This document shows, one piece after another, positions 50,576 to 59,497 of a stretch of 64,000 bases of DNA. Under the pieces are notes generated by a model that did no database searches, had not been told where the DNA came from, and saw only the letters and a program-made list of their open reading frames with translations. This stretch comes from a virus, in the IMG/VR virus record IMGVR_UViG_3300020172_002676, positions 1 to 64,000 of that record. One strand, written 5' to 3'. Numbering within the stretch: the stretch's first letter is position 1; each line of letters begins with the position of its first letter. Position numbers and translations under genes: made by a program.

Positions 50576-52327
50576 ATGGAAATAAGTTTAGAGTCCAAAG
50601 CGATGGCGATTCTTGAGACCTATGAAGGTGGTAATAACTATCTTTTAGAATTAAAACGTAAATCACAGATTAACAGAAAATTCTACCCAACAAGAAGTCA
50701 GTCGGAGTACATAATCTCATATCACGACAAACAACCAAAGGTTGCTAAGAAGTGGGTGATACTTGATGCTTATTTCGCACAGAAATTGGCAGATGATAAA
50801 CTATACACGGAAATACCACAAAAAGTATGGGTTGAAAAACTTTTGGCGGATAAAGAAAAGGCGTTCCATATTTGGGGTAGAGTATTTGAAACTGAAGAAT
50901 TTCACGATTTTTGGTTACCAAAGGCGGCAGTCATAAAAGACAATACCGTTAAAGATGTTGTAATTGATTATGAAAAATATTCAAATAGACCCCCGCTTCC
51001 ACATCAAAAAGAAGCAATCCAAAAATTAGTAGAAAATAAGAAATTTATTTTGGCTGATGATATGGGGTTGGGCAAGACAACAACAACTATTATTGCCGCC
51101 CTTGAGGCAAATGCAAAGAAAGTTTTAATTATTTGTCCTGCAACTCTAAAAATAAATTGGAAAAGAGAAATTGAAAACTATTCTGATAAATCTATCTATA
51201 TTGCTGAGGGTAAGAATTTTAGTACTGAATCTGATTATGTAATTATAAATTACGACATTATAAAAAACTTTCACGACCCAAAGAAAAAAGAGGAATCTCA
51301 AATCCTTTTAGCAAATTTTGATTTGGTTATTATTGATGAAGCACATTACATTAAGAATGGTCAAGCACAGAGAACAAAATTGATAAATGATTTTGTTAAG
51401 AATATTGACCGACTTTGGTTATTAACGGGAACACCTATGACATCAAGACCAATGGATTATTTTAATCTATTAAGTTTGGTTGATTCTCCTGTCAGTAAGA
51501 ATTGGATGGCGTATGCGGTTAGATATTGTAGTGGATATCAATTTAATGTTGGTGGAAGAAAGATTTGGAATATTACTGGAGCATCAAATTTGGATGAATT
51601 AAGAGAAAGAACATCATCAACCATCTTAAGACGATTGAAAGAAAATGTTCTTGATTTACCTGATAAAATTATCACACCAGTTTATTTAAGATTAAAATCA
51701 AAAGAATATGAAGAAGTTATGGGTGAGTATTATGATTGGTATGATAAAAACCCTGATGAATCAAAATCTTTAACCGTTCAATTTTCTAAATTGACAAAAA
51801 TTAGACAGATTATTGCCAACGAAAAAGTAACTCAAACAATTGAACTTATTGAAAATATTATTGAACAAGATAAAAAGGTAATTGTATTTTGTAACTTTAC
51901 AGAATCTTTAAACAGAATTGCTGAACATTTTGGAAAGGCTGCCGTTAAACTTGACGGGTCTATGTCCAAAGCTAGTAGACAACATAGTGTGGACGAATTT
52001 CAAGAGAACCCAAAAGTAAAAATCTTTGTTGGAAATATTAAAGCGGCAGGAGTTGGTATCACCTTAACCGCAGCTGAAGCAGTGATAATGAACGATTTAT
52101 CATTCCTACCATCAGACCACGCACAATCTGAAGATAGAGCATATCGTTATGGACAAAAAAACAATGTATTAGTTTATTACCCTATATTTGAAAACACAAT
52201 TGAAGGGATAATTTATGACATATTAAACAAGAAAAAACAAGTTATCGCAACGGTAATGGGAGACAATCAAAACCCCGCCGATGCCGCTGAAGAAATTTTA
52301 CAAAGAATCAATGAGTTGAGATATTAA
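50576..52327 (+). CDS. SNF2-family ATPase/helicase (HARP/SMARCAL1-like)
   Basis: LADDMGLGKT, IIDEAH, LTGTP, AAGVGITLT, QSEDRAYRYGQ. Confidence 0.93.
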   Translation: MEISLESKAMAILETYEGGNNYLLELKRKSQINRKFYPTRSQSEYIISYHDKQPKVAKKWVILDAYFAQKLADDKLYTEIPQKVWVEKLLADKEKAFHIWGRVFETEEFHDFWLPKAAVIKDNTVKDVVIDYEKYSNRPPLPHQKEAIQKLVENKKFILADDMGLGKTTTTIIAALEANAKKVLIICPATLKINWKREIENYSDKSIYIAEGKNFSTESDYVIINYDIIKNFHDPKKKEESQILLANFDLVIIDEAHYIKNGQAQRTKLINDFVKNIDRLWLLTGTPMTSRPMDYFNLLSLVDSPVSKNWMAYAVRYCSGYQFNVGGRKIWNITGASNLDELRERTSSTILRRLKENVLDLPDKIITPVYLRLKSKEYEEVMGEYYDWYDKNPDESKSLTVQFSKLTKIRQIIANEKVTQTIELIENIIEQDKKVIVFCNFTESLNRIAEHFGKAAVKLDGSMSKASRQHSVDEFQENPKVKIFVGNIKAAGVGITLTAAEAVIMNDLSFLPSDHAQSEDRAYRYGQKNNVLVYYPIFENTIEGIIYDILNKKKQVIATVMGDNQNPADAAEEILQRINELRY

Positions 52328-52381
52328 TCAACAACGGATTATTTATATACAAAAGATAATTCAAAGATTTAAAAAAAAATG

Positions 52382-52412
52382 TTTGGAAAATCAAGAAAAA
52401 AAAATATCTTTG
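52382..52412 (+). promoter_or_regulatory. Bacteroidota housekeeping sigma promoter (-33/-7)
   Basis: TTTG (52382-52385), 19-bp spacer, TATCTTTG (52405-52412): matches the TTTG-N19-21-TAnnTTTG consensus. Confidence 0.8.
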
Positions 52413-52431
52413 CAATGGATAATTCAAAATT

Positions 52432-53961
52432 ATGAAAAAAACCGAAAAAAAAATACAACAATTAGAAGTAGAAATCCTTGAAGGTCACGTTAACAAGGAA
52501 AAGGAATTGTTGATAACAGAAATGAAAAAAATAGGAATAGAAAAATTACCCTATTCTTATACAGCCCTAAAACAATTCATTGACCCAGAGACAATGGATT
52601 TTCATTATAACAAACATTATAAAGGGTACGTAGACAAATTAAATGACGCATTGTCAAAGAAAAAAGAAGGGGATTTAGATTTAGAAAAAATTATTAAAAC
52701 CATCAGTCGTTTTGATAAAAATATTAGAAATAACGCGGGGGGAGCATTTAATCACGCATTGTTTTGGAAAATGTTAACTCCAACACCAAAAAAATTGGAA
52801 GGGGAACTTTTCAAAAAAATAACAAAACAATTCAAAACATTTACGTTATTTAAAAAAGAATTTGAAAAAACCGCTAAAAATCAATTTGGTTCTGGTTGGG
52901 CTTGGTTGGTACTTACACCGAAAAATACATTAAAAATTATGGCAACTCCAAACCAAGACAATCCGTTAATGAATGTGATTGAAAATGGGGGGTTTCCATT
53001 ATTAGGGTTAGATTTGTGGGAACACGCATATTATTTAAAATATAAAAATAAAAGAGATGAATACATTACAAATTTTTGGAAAGTTGTTAATTGGGAGTTT
53101 ATTACAAAGTTATACGAAATGAGAATTGAAACCAAATTATCCGAATCTATCCATATGAAACAAGTTTTAAGTGAAAGCAAATCAGAAATGTGTTCAAGGT
53201 CTGATACCGAATACTATAAAACCCTGTTTAATGTTAACGAGGCAGTTAAGAGTACATACATGCATGGTATCAATAGAATCATTAAGGAAGTATTTAATGA
53301 GAATTATATTGAAAAACCTGAGAATAATGAAATGTCGGGAGTTTATAATATTGAAGGAACTGGTAGGTCGGTGTTGAATAAATTAAACACAAACTACACA
53401 ACTTTTTGTATCTTATTAAGAGATGTTAACCAATTCATCGCAACTTACCCAAATAAAAAACCAATTAGTTTTATTGACAAAATCCCTAAAGAACAAGTTA
53501 CAGAAACTGAAAGATTTATACATGCTTTGGATTATTTTAAATTTAGAATTTTTGACAAAGAGAATTCAACATTCCATAACCTATTGAAAACATTGGCAGA
53601 TAAAAATGCTGCAGGTATTAAAAGGGAAGAAATAACCGCAGCAATTATTAGACGTTATTTTGGTCCAACCGTTAAGGTTGATTTAATTGGTGGACCTGGT
53701 AATAAAAAAGATGCCATAGGTGGTATTGATTTAGAACTAACTATAGATGGAGTATTATATACCGCACAGGTGAAAAAATTTGGTCAAAAAATTATAGATA
53801 ATGATAATATTACTTTAGAAGATACGGGACAGGTTAAACCATATCGTACAGATTTAATGATTTTCCAAAGAGGTAAAAACGTTTTAATTTTTAATAAAAA
53901 ACCAAGAATTATTGATGGAAAATATGTGTTTCCACCTGATTCGCTGTGGTACAGTATATAA
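52432..53961 (+). CDS. sodA: Fe/Mn superoxide dismutase (Mn-type signature) fused to a C-terminal PD-(D/E)XK-like domain
   Basis: LPYSYTAL, HYNKHYKGY, NNAGGAFNHALFW, FGSGWAWL, NQD, DLWEHAYY; about 280 extra C-terminal residues containing GIDLE...AQVK. Confidence 0.88.
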   Translation: MKKTEKKIQQLEVEILEGHVNKEKELLITEMKKIGIEKLPYSYTALKQFIDPETMDFHYNKHYKGYVDKLNDALSKKKEGDLDLEKIIKTISRFDKNIRNNAGGAFNHALFWKMLTPTPKKLEGELFKKITKQFKTFTLFKKEFEKTAKNQFGSGWAWLVLTPKNTLKIMATPNQDNPLMNVIENGGFPLLGLDLWEHAYYLKYKNKRDEYITNFWKVVNWEFITKLYEMRIETKLSESIHMKQVLSESKSEMCSRSDTEYYKTLFNVNEAVKSTYMHGINRIIKEVFNENYIEKPENNEMSGVYNIEGTGRSVLNKLNTNYTTFCILLRDVNQFIATYPNKKPISFIDKIPKEQVTETERFIHALDYFKFRIFDKENSTFHNLLKTLADKNAAGIKREEITAAIIRRYFGPTVKVDLIGGPGNKKDAIGGIDLELTIDGVLYTAQVKKFGQKIIDNDNITLEDTGQVKPYRTDLMIFQRGKNVLIFNKKPRIIDGKYVFPPDSLWYSI

Positions 53962-53988
53962 ACCTAAAGTATTTGATATTTATTTGAT

Positions 53989-55101
53989 ATGTCAGTTATA
54001 CCAGAACCAGAAAGGTCAAAAATTTATACAAGGATTAAACACCTATTGGGAGCCCCACTTAGAAGTGTTGAAATTGAAGATGAAATGATGGATTCTTTAA
54101 TGGAATTATCAATTCAAGATTACGAACAATATATCCAAGATTGGCTTATTGAAAGCCAATGGGTTAACTTAGTTAATCTAAACATGAGTGAAAGGTCAGT
54201 CGCAAACGCATTGATTACAAGAACTATGGATTTTGAACAACAATTTTCATATTCATATTCTAAAATCGTTGGTCTTCAAACTATGGGACCTTGGGTTCTA
54301 AAGAAAGATTATATCGTTCTTGAACAGAACAAACAAGATTATGAAATTCCTGCAGGAAGAGAAGTAAACGAACTTTTATGGTTTAGTAACCGACCATTTA
54401 CCGCTTTCGGTTTAGGTGGTATTGGTGGTTTTGGTGGTGTTGGTTTAGGTGCTAGTGAAGCAGGATTTGCTCAAGCGGGTAACCAAGGTTCTTATTATAT
54501 GATGTCAGGTTTTGACTATCTAATAAGAATGCAAGAAGCAAACATTATGAACAGAATTTTGGGTGGTTCATTAACATATAGAATTACAGGATTACCTGAC
54601 GGAAAGAAAAACATACAATTATACAACGCACCTGGTAACAGTTTTAATTGGAATAATTATAGTGGATATGTTGGTAAAGCAGTTTGGTATTGGTATTATG
54701 ATGTAACACCTGATAGTAGAGCAGATTGTTTAAAGAATAACCCTGATGTAATTAAATTACCATCAGATGTTCCTTTAGGTGAATTAAATTGGATTGATTT
54801 AAATACTCCCGCACAACAATGGGTTAGAAGATATTTTACAGGATACGTTAAAGAAACTTTAGGTAGAGTTAGGGGAAAATATAGTGGAAACTTAAAAACT
54901 CCAGATTCTGAAATAATGATGGACTACACAAGTTTATTGACTGAAGGTAAGGACGAGAAAATGAAATTAGTTGAGGAATTACAATTAAGACTTGAAAGAT
55001 TGCGTCCTGAAAAACAAATGGAAAAAGAAGCGTTGTTAGCTGAAAATTTAAATAAACAAATGAGATTTAGAGCAATGCCTCGTCAAATATACGTAATATA
55101 A
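53989..55101 (+). CDS. Neck / head-tail adaptor protein (T4 gp13-like)
   Basis: IKHLLGAPLRSVEI.DE; C-terminal KETLGRVRGKYSG...LLTEGKDEK. Confidence 0.8.
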   Translation: MSVIPEPERSKIYTRIKHLLGAPLRSVEIEDEMMDSLMELSIQDYEQYIQDWLIESQWVNLVNLNMSERSVANALITRTMDFEQQFSYSYSKIVGLQTMGPWVLKKDYIVLEQNKQDYEIPAGREVNELLWFSNRPFTAFGLGGIGGFGGVGLGASEAGFAQAGNQGSYYMMSGFDYLIRMQEANIMNRILGGSLTYRITGLPDGKKNIQLYNAPGNSFNWNNYSGYVGKAVWYWYYDVTPDSRADCLKNNPDVIKLPSDVPLGELNWIDLNTPAQQWVRRYFTGYVKETLGRVRGKYSGNLKTPDSEIMMDYTSLLTEGKDEKMKLVEELQLRLERLRPEKQMEKEALLAENLNKQMRFRAMPRQIYVI

Positions 55102-55105
55102 AAAT

Positions 55106-55441
55106 ATGACAATCATTAGAACAATACCGTCAACAAGATTAATTAACGGAGAAATATTAGAAACATCAGAAATATCAATTGTCTCTGAAACAAATTACAG
55201 AACAAACGGAGAAGAATGTGTTATTATTAGAGGTGTATCAGAATCTACCGTTATTTTGGATTCCAAAACAACTGACCACGTAGTTATTAAATCAATGACA
55301 AGGCTTACAATCAAACCAGATATCGGTAAAATTGATGAAGATTACGACGAAATTGTTGCCGATAGATATGCTTGTATTGAATTTAGATTTTGTTCAGGTA
55401 ACTGGTATATTTTATCAAGTGACGGTTTAAAGAACTCCTAA
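55106..55441 (+). CDS. Hypothetical protein
   Basis: 111 aa; GKIDE...GNWYILSSDG ending resembles a fibre-type beta motif. Confidence 0.65.
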   Translation: MTIIRTIPSTRLINGEILETSEISIVSETNYRTNGEECVIIRGVSESTVILDSKTTDHVVIKSMTRLTIKPDIGKIDEDYDEIVADRYACIEFRFCSGNWYILSSDGLKNS

Positions 55442-58204
55442 TTTCTCTTTCCAACCATCTTCGGCTAACTCATACATATAGTCAGAGTTAAGTCCACGTT
55501 TTTCCCAATAAGATAATTCACCTGAAGATAAAGTCATAACTTCTTCTAAATCATCTTGGTCTCCTTCACCTAACGGATAACCATTGATTAATTCACATTG
55601 TGCCGTAGTGAAAATACCCCTTTCTTGTGGGTCAGTAACAATCATTCCATTTCTTACCTCGTCTTTGAATACAACCATTAAAGGTTCCATCCTTTTATTA
55701 AATGTTGCTATTGCTCTTGGAACATTATAATCACCAGTTAAGGTGGGGTCATTATCTAAAATGTCTTTATCTAACATATAACAATTAATCATAACACCAT
55801 CGGTGATAGGTTTTGATTTACCATCATTAAATAAACTAACCGCATTAGCGTCTTTAATTTGTTTTGGTGTCATCTTCTGTACATCTCCTTGAGATGATTT
55901 GTCACCATTGTTAACATACATAATTACATCACCCAAATTCACATTCAAATTATTCTGAATGGCAAGTTCCATATGTGCCATACGACTCATACTATTACCC
56001 GATTTAGTTTTAGTTGTTAATCGTTTTTTGTAGTCATCAATACTCATCTTAACTTTTGCCCTTTGAGCAATCTTACTTAAAGCAATTTCTTTATCATAAA
56101 TCTTTTGGACGTATTCATAATAATATTCAACAAACTCTTTACCATTACCTTCAAGTAATAATTTAATACCCTTATCCAAAAACTCTTCAATATACAATGG
56201 AAGTTTCTTTGACTTAATACTATTACCCGTTAGTTTAATTTTTCCTTTAGAATCCATAACAGCATAATTCTTACGAGCCAAGTTAATACACGAAGGCCAA
56301 ACACCATCCGTATCAAGAGCCATTTCACCCCTCATAAAAATATCGTTATACTCCGCAACATCTGCTTCAGGTCCATAATATTCTTTACCTAACTTCACCT
56401 TCCAATTCAAACCACGACCAACATAAACTCGGTCTTTTGCGTCATCTGGTGTTGAAAAGTTTACACCATCCGTATCCATAACCAATGGGATATATCCTTT
56501 TGTTGTAAAGAACTTAATCATCTGACGGAGATATTGTCTACCTGTACAAGTAATCTGTTCCCCCATAAACATATCCCCCCAAGCATAAACCTGTGGTGCT
56601 GACAACGCCCCGAACATTGAGTTAATAAAAATCTTAATTGGTAATTGTTTATTACCATATGATTCAGATTTCTTTTTATCTATCTCATAATACTCTTCGG
56701 CAAGTTGTTTGTATTTGATACGGGTATCACGGAAATATTTTAACATACCTTTCATTGCTCCCGTTACATCACAATCAGGGAATACATCGTGTACCAACTG
56801 AATAGAGGGGTATAGTGAACTAAAATCCAGTTTAAGTACATTCTTACTATAACCTACCTTTAGAAGTCGTGAGAGACCTCCTACGAAGTCAGTTTTACCT
56901 TGCTTAGCAGGAATTGCCAAACCGTGTTTGTATGACCAAGCTAACATTAACATCTTCCATAATGTTGCAGTACCCATTGTAGATACTCTCTCGTATGTTG
57001 TTGGAATCATTGCTGCAAGTAAGAAAGACCCCTGATTAAATTCATAATCAACCTTTAATGTTTCATCCAAATCGTCATCAAGATACATTTCAACCAACTT
57101 ATCACCACTTATCTTTTTATAGATACCAGGGAATTTAATATCCAAATCTTGGTAGTCAGTTGCCTTTTTGTATTTTCCGTTCTCAACATTTAACCAATAA
57201 TCTTCTTTATTTAAAAACATTTTACCAATGTTTTCGTGGTCAATATATACACGGTCAGGTGCTTCTGCTTTAATATATTTGGTGATGTATTTTAACCCCG
57301 CAGATTTAATACTTGAGTTAATCGCCTGTGCTCTACGAACCGCATGAATGATGTCAATAACATTATAACCCCAAATTGAAGTTTGAGTATATTTCTCCAC
57401 CTCATTTGCGAGTTTTAACATTCCATCTTTTCTTGTAAATGAATGTTGGGGGTGTAATGATTTACAAATCTTTTTTGGGTCAATCTTTAAAATTCTACAT
57501 CTTTCAAATATCCAATGCCAATCAAAGTTTGCGGAATTGTATCCACCAATAATACTTGGTTTTAATTCATCTATAATACGGAAGAACTCAATGATTGCAT
57601 TCTTTTCTTCTGCTTCATCAATACATTCAATTACTCGGTGATAACCCTTATTTGTTTTTATTCCAATCATAAAGATACGACCATCATTAGGGTCTAATGC
57701 TGTCGTTTCCAAATCCCATCCGAGTATTGTTACATCGTTATAAGATTCAAATCCTTTAAATAATCGTTTTTCTTTGGAAATTAAATATTGTTCAACAGGT
57801 GGTAAGATTATAACCCTGTCTTTGGTGTGTTCACCCCAAGGGTCACATCCACCATCTCTGAAAAATTGAACTAGTTCACGGTAACCTTTCAAAGATTTAA
57901 CCATAAATGTCATACCTTTTTCTAATCGCTCATTACCGTGAGTTTCTAATTTCTCAATCATAATACCATATTTGGTCATGGCTTCTTTTTGAGCTTCTTT
58001 GGAGTCGTTGTAAAACTTAATACCCCGTAAATCACCTACCCAAGCAAATGGGGTAAATGTATCCTTTCGTATTTCTTTTCCTTTACCAGGAATTTCTTTA
58101 ATTTTATAAATGGAGTTGGATGCGTAGTCAAATTCTATCGCTACAATAAATTCTTCAGGGTCATTGCCGTGTAAGAAAGATTCAATTTCTTCGTTTGATA
58201 TCAT
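55427..58204 (-). CDS. Family B DNA polymerase
   Basis: Exo I WDLETT, Exo II GYNSANFDW, motif A LDFSSLYPSI, motif B KIFINSMFG, motif C MDTDG. Confidence 0.95.
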   Translation of the reverse strand: MISNEEIESFLHGNDPEEFIVAIEFDYASNSIYKIKEIPGKGKEIRKDTFTPFAWVGDLRGIKFYNDSKEAQKEAMTKYGIMIEKLETHGNERLEKGMTFMVKSLKGYRELVQFFRDGGCDPWGEHTKDRVIILPPVEQYLISKEKRLFKGFESYNDVTILGWDLETTALDPNDGRIFMIGIKTNKGYHRVIECIDEAEEKNAIIEFFRIIDELKPSIIGGYNSANFDWHWIFERCRILKIDPKKICKSLHPQHSFTRKDGMLKLANEVEKYTQTSIWGYNVIDIIHAVRRAQAINSSIKSAGLKYITKYIKAEAPDRVYIDHENIGKMFLNKEDYWLNVENGKYKKATDYQDLDIKFPGIYKKISGDKLVEMYLDDDLDETLKVDYEFNQGSFLLAAMIPTTYERVSTMGTATLWKMLMLAWSYKHGLAIPAKQGKTDFVGGLSRLLKVGYSKNVLKLDFSSLYPSIQLVHDVFPDCDVTGAMKGMLKYFRDTRIKYKQLAEEYYEIDKKKSESYGNKQLPIKIFINSMFGALSAPQVYAWGDMFMGEQITCTGRQYLRQMIKFFTTKGYIPLVMDTDGVNFSTPDDAKDRVYVGRGLNWKVKLGKEYYGPEADVAEYNDIFMRGEMALDTDGVWPSCINLARKNYAVMDSKGKIKLTGNSIKSKKLPLYIEEFLDKGIKLLLEGNGKEFVEYYYEYVQKIYDKEIALSKIAQRAKVKMSIDDYKKRLTTKTKSGNSMSRMAHMELAIQNNLNVNLGDVIMYVNNGDKSSQGDVQKMTPKQIKDANAVSLFNDGKSKPITDGVMINCYMLDKDILDNDPTLTGDYNVPRAIATFNKRMEPLMVVFKDEVRNGMIVTDPQERGIFTTAQCELINGYPLGEGDQDDLEEVMTLSSGELSYWEKRGLNSDYMYELAEDGWKEKLGVL

Positions 58205-58291
58205 AATATTTTTTCGTTGGTGTATTAGCTTTCACATAAAGTGAAGTTTACCTTCTACGATAAATATAAAATAAAAAAATGAATAATCAAA

Positions 58292-58669
58292 TTAACAACA
58301 TGCCGTTTCTGAAATAAAACTTGGTTGAATATTAATATATAATTCTTCTCTTAATGGTAAAATAAGAGTTCCCTCGTCATTTTTAATTAAGAATTGACCC
58401 GTGTATCTACCAGGTGTGTTTGTATCTCTTGAAGTAAATTTAAAATAAATATAATATTCTGTTGGTGCTCCTTCAGGTAATATAAGGGAAGTAATAGACG
58501 CAGGGGCAGAAACAATTTTAGGAATTCCCGTTTCCACGTTAATCATAGTAAAGAATATTGTAGAAACTTCTAAGTCCTGCATTAATTGAAGATAACCTGC
58601 TCTACCGTCTTTCACCACTTGGAGTTTAAGAACTGGAAGTGTTGCGTTTTGTTTAATGAAAAATTCCAT
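58292..58669 (-). CDS. BppU-like (baseplate upper protein N-terminal type) structural protein
   Basis: FFIKQNATLPVLKLQV...YFKFTSRDTNTPGRYTGQF. Confidence 0.6.
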   Translation of the reverse strand: MEFFIKQNATLPVLKLQVVKDGRAGYLQLMQDLEVSTIFFTMINVETGIPKIVSAPASITSLILPEGAPTEYYIYFKFTSRDTNTPGRYTGQFLIKNDEGTLILPLREELYINIQPSFISETACC

Positions 58670-58740
58670 AACAATAAATATATTGTATGTTTATTTTATA
58701 TTAGTGAAACTTTTACTATATTTATAGATATTTATATTAT

Positions 58741-58896
58741 ATGGGAAGACCAAAAAAACAAGAAAAAGATTGTAAAATTAAATTTGGAATTAGTTTAGAC
58801 CGAGAATTATTTGATAAGATGGTTAAAGATAAGACCAAAAAATCATCATTAATAAATAAATTATTAAGAGAGTATTATGGAAAAAAAGATTTGTAG
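58741..58896 (+). CDS. Small GRPKK (AT-hook-like) + ribbon-helix-helix protein (51 aa)
   Basis: Hand-translated MGRPKKQEKDCKIKFGISLDRELFDKMVKDKTKKSSLINKLLREYYGKKDL; overlaps the HNH start; tandem TATTTAT upstream. Confidence 0.72.
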   Translation: MGRPKKQEKDCKIKFGISLDRELFDKMVKDKTKKSSLINKLLREYYGKKDL

Positions 58897-59497
58897 TAAA
58901 TGTAAAATTGAAAAAGATGTTTGCGAGTTTAATAAAAAATTAATTAGTAATAAAGGAATTCAATATTATAAAAGTTGGTGTAAGAATTGTCAATCTGAGG
59001 AAGATAAATCTAAAAGATTATTGAACCCTGAAAAATATAAAATATGGTATGATAAAACTCGTAAAGAACGCAACGAGCACAGGTCAGAATATTATCAACA
59101 TAATAAAGAAAAAATTTTAATACAAAATAAAAAGTATAAGGGAGTTAATAGTGTTAATCGTAAAAAAAAATATGATAAAGATATTTTATTCAAATTAAGA
59201 CATAGATTAAGTTGTAGACTTAGAGAAGTATTAAAATTTAAAACATTAATAAAAAACAAAACTCATAATGAAGTTATGGGTTGTTCTTCGGAATTCCTTA
59301 AAGAATATTTAGAAAAACAATTCACAGAAAAAATGTCTTGGGAAAATCATGGATTTTATGGTTGGCATATAGACCATATCGTTCCATTATCATCGGCGAA
59401 AACAGAAGAAGAAGTTTATAAACTTTGTCATTATACAAATCTTCAACCACTATGGGCTGAAGATAATTTGAAAAAGGGAGATAAGATTTTATTTTAA
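58877..59497 (+). CDS. HNH endonuclease with N-terminal Cys zinc-binding domain (free-standing homing endonuclease-like)
   Basis: CSKC...CKNC; WHIDHIVPL...HYTNLQPLWAEDNLKK. Confidence 0.88.
   Translation: MEKKICSKCKIEKDVCEFNKKLISNKGIQYYKSWCKNCQSEEDKSKRLLNPEKYKIWYDKTRKERNEHRSEYYQHNKEKILIQNKKYKGVNSVNRKKKYDKDILFKLRHRLSCRLREVLKFKTLIKNKTHNEVMGCSSEFLKEYLEKQFTEKMSWENHGFYGWHIDHIVPLSSAKTEEEVYKLCHYTNLQPLWAEDNLKKGDKILF

Noticed and set aside
20656-58204. Inteins or introns in nrdJ, dnaB, recA or the polymerase
   Set aside because: Lengths are ordinary, motifs are contiguous and no intein termini are evident.
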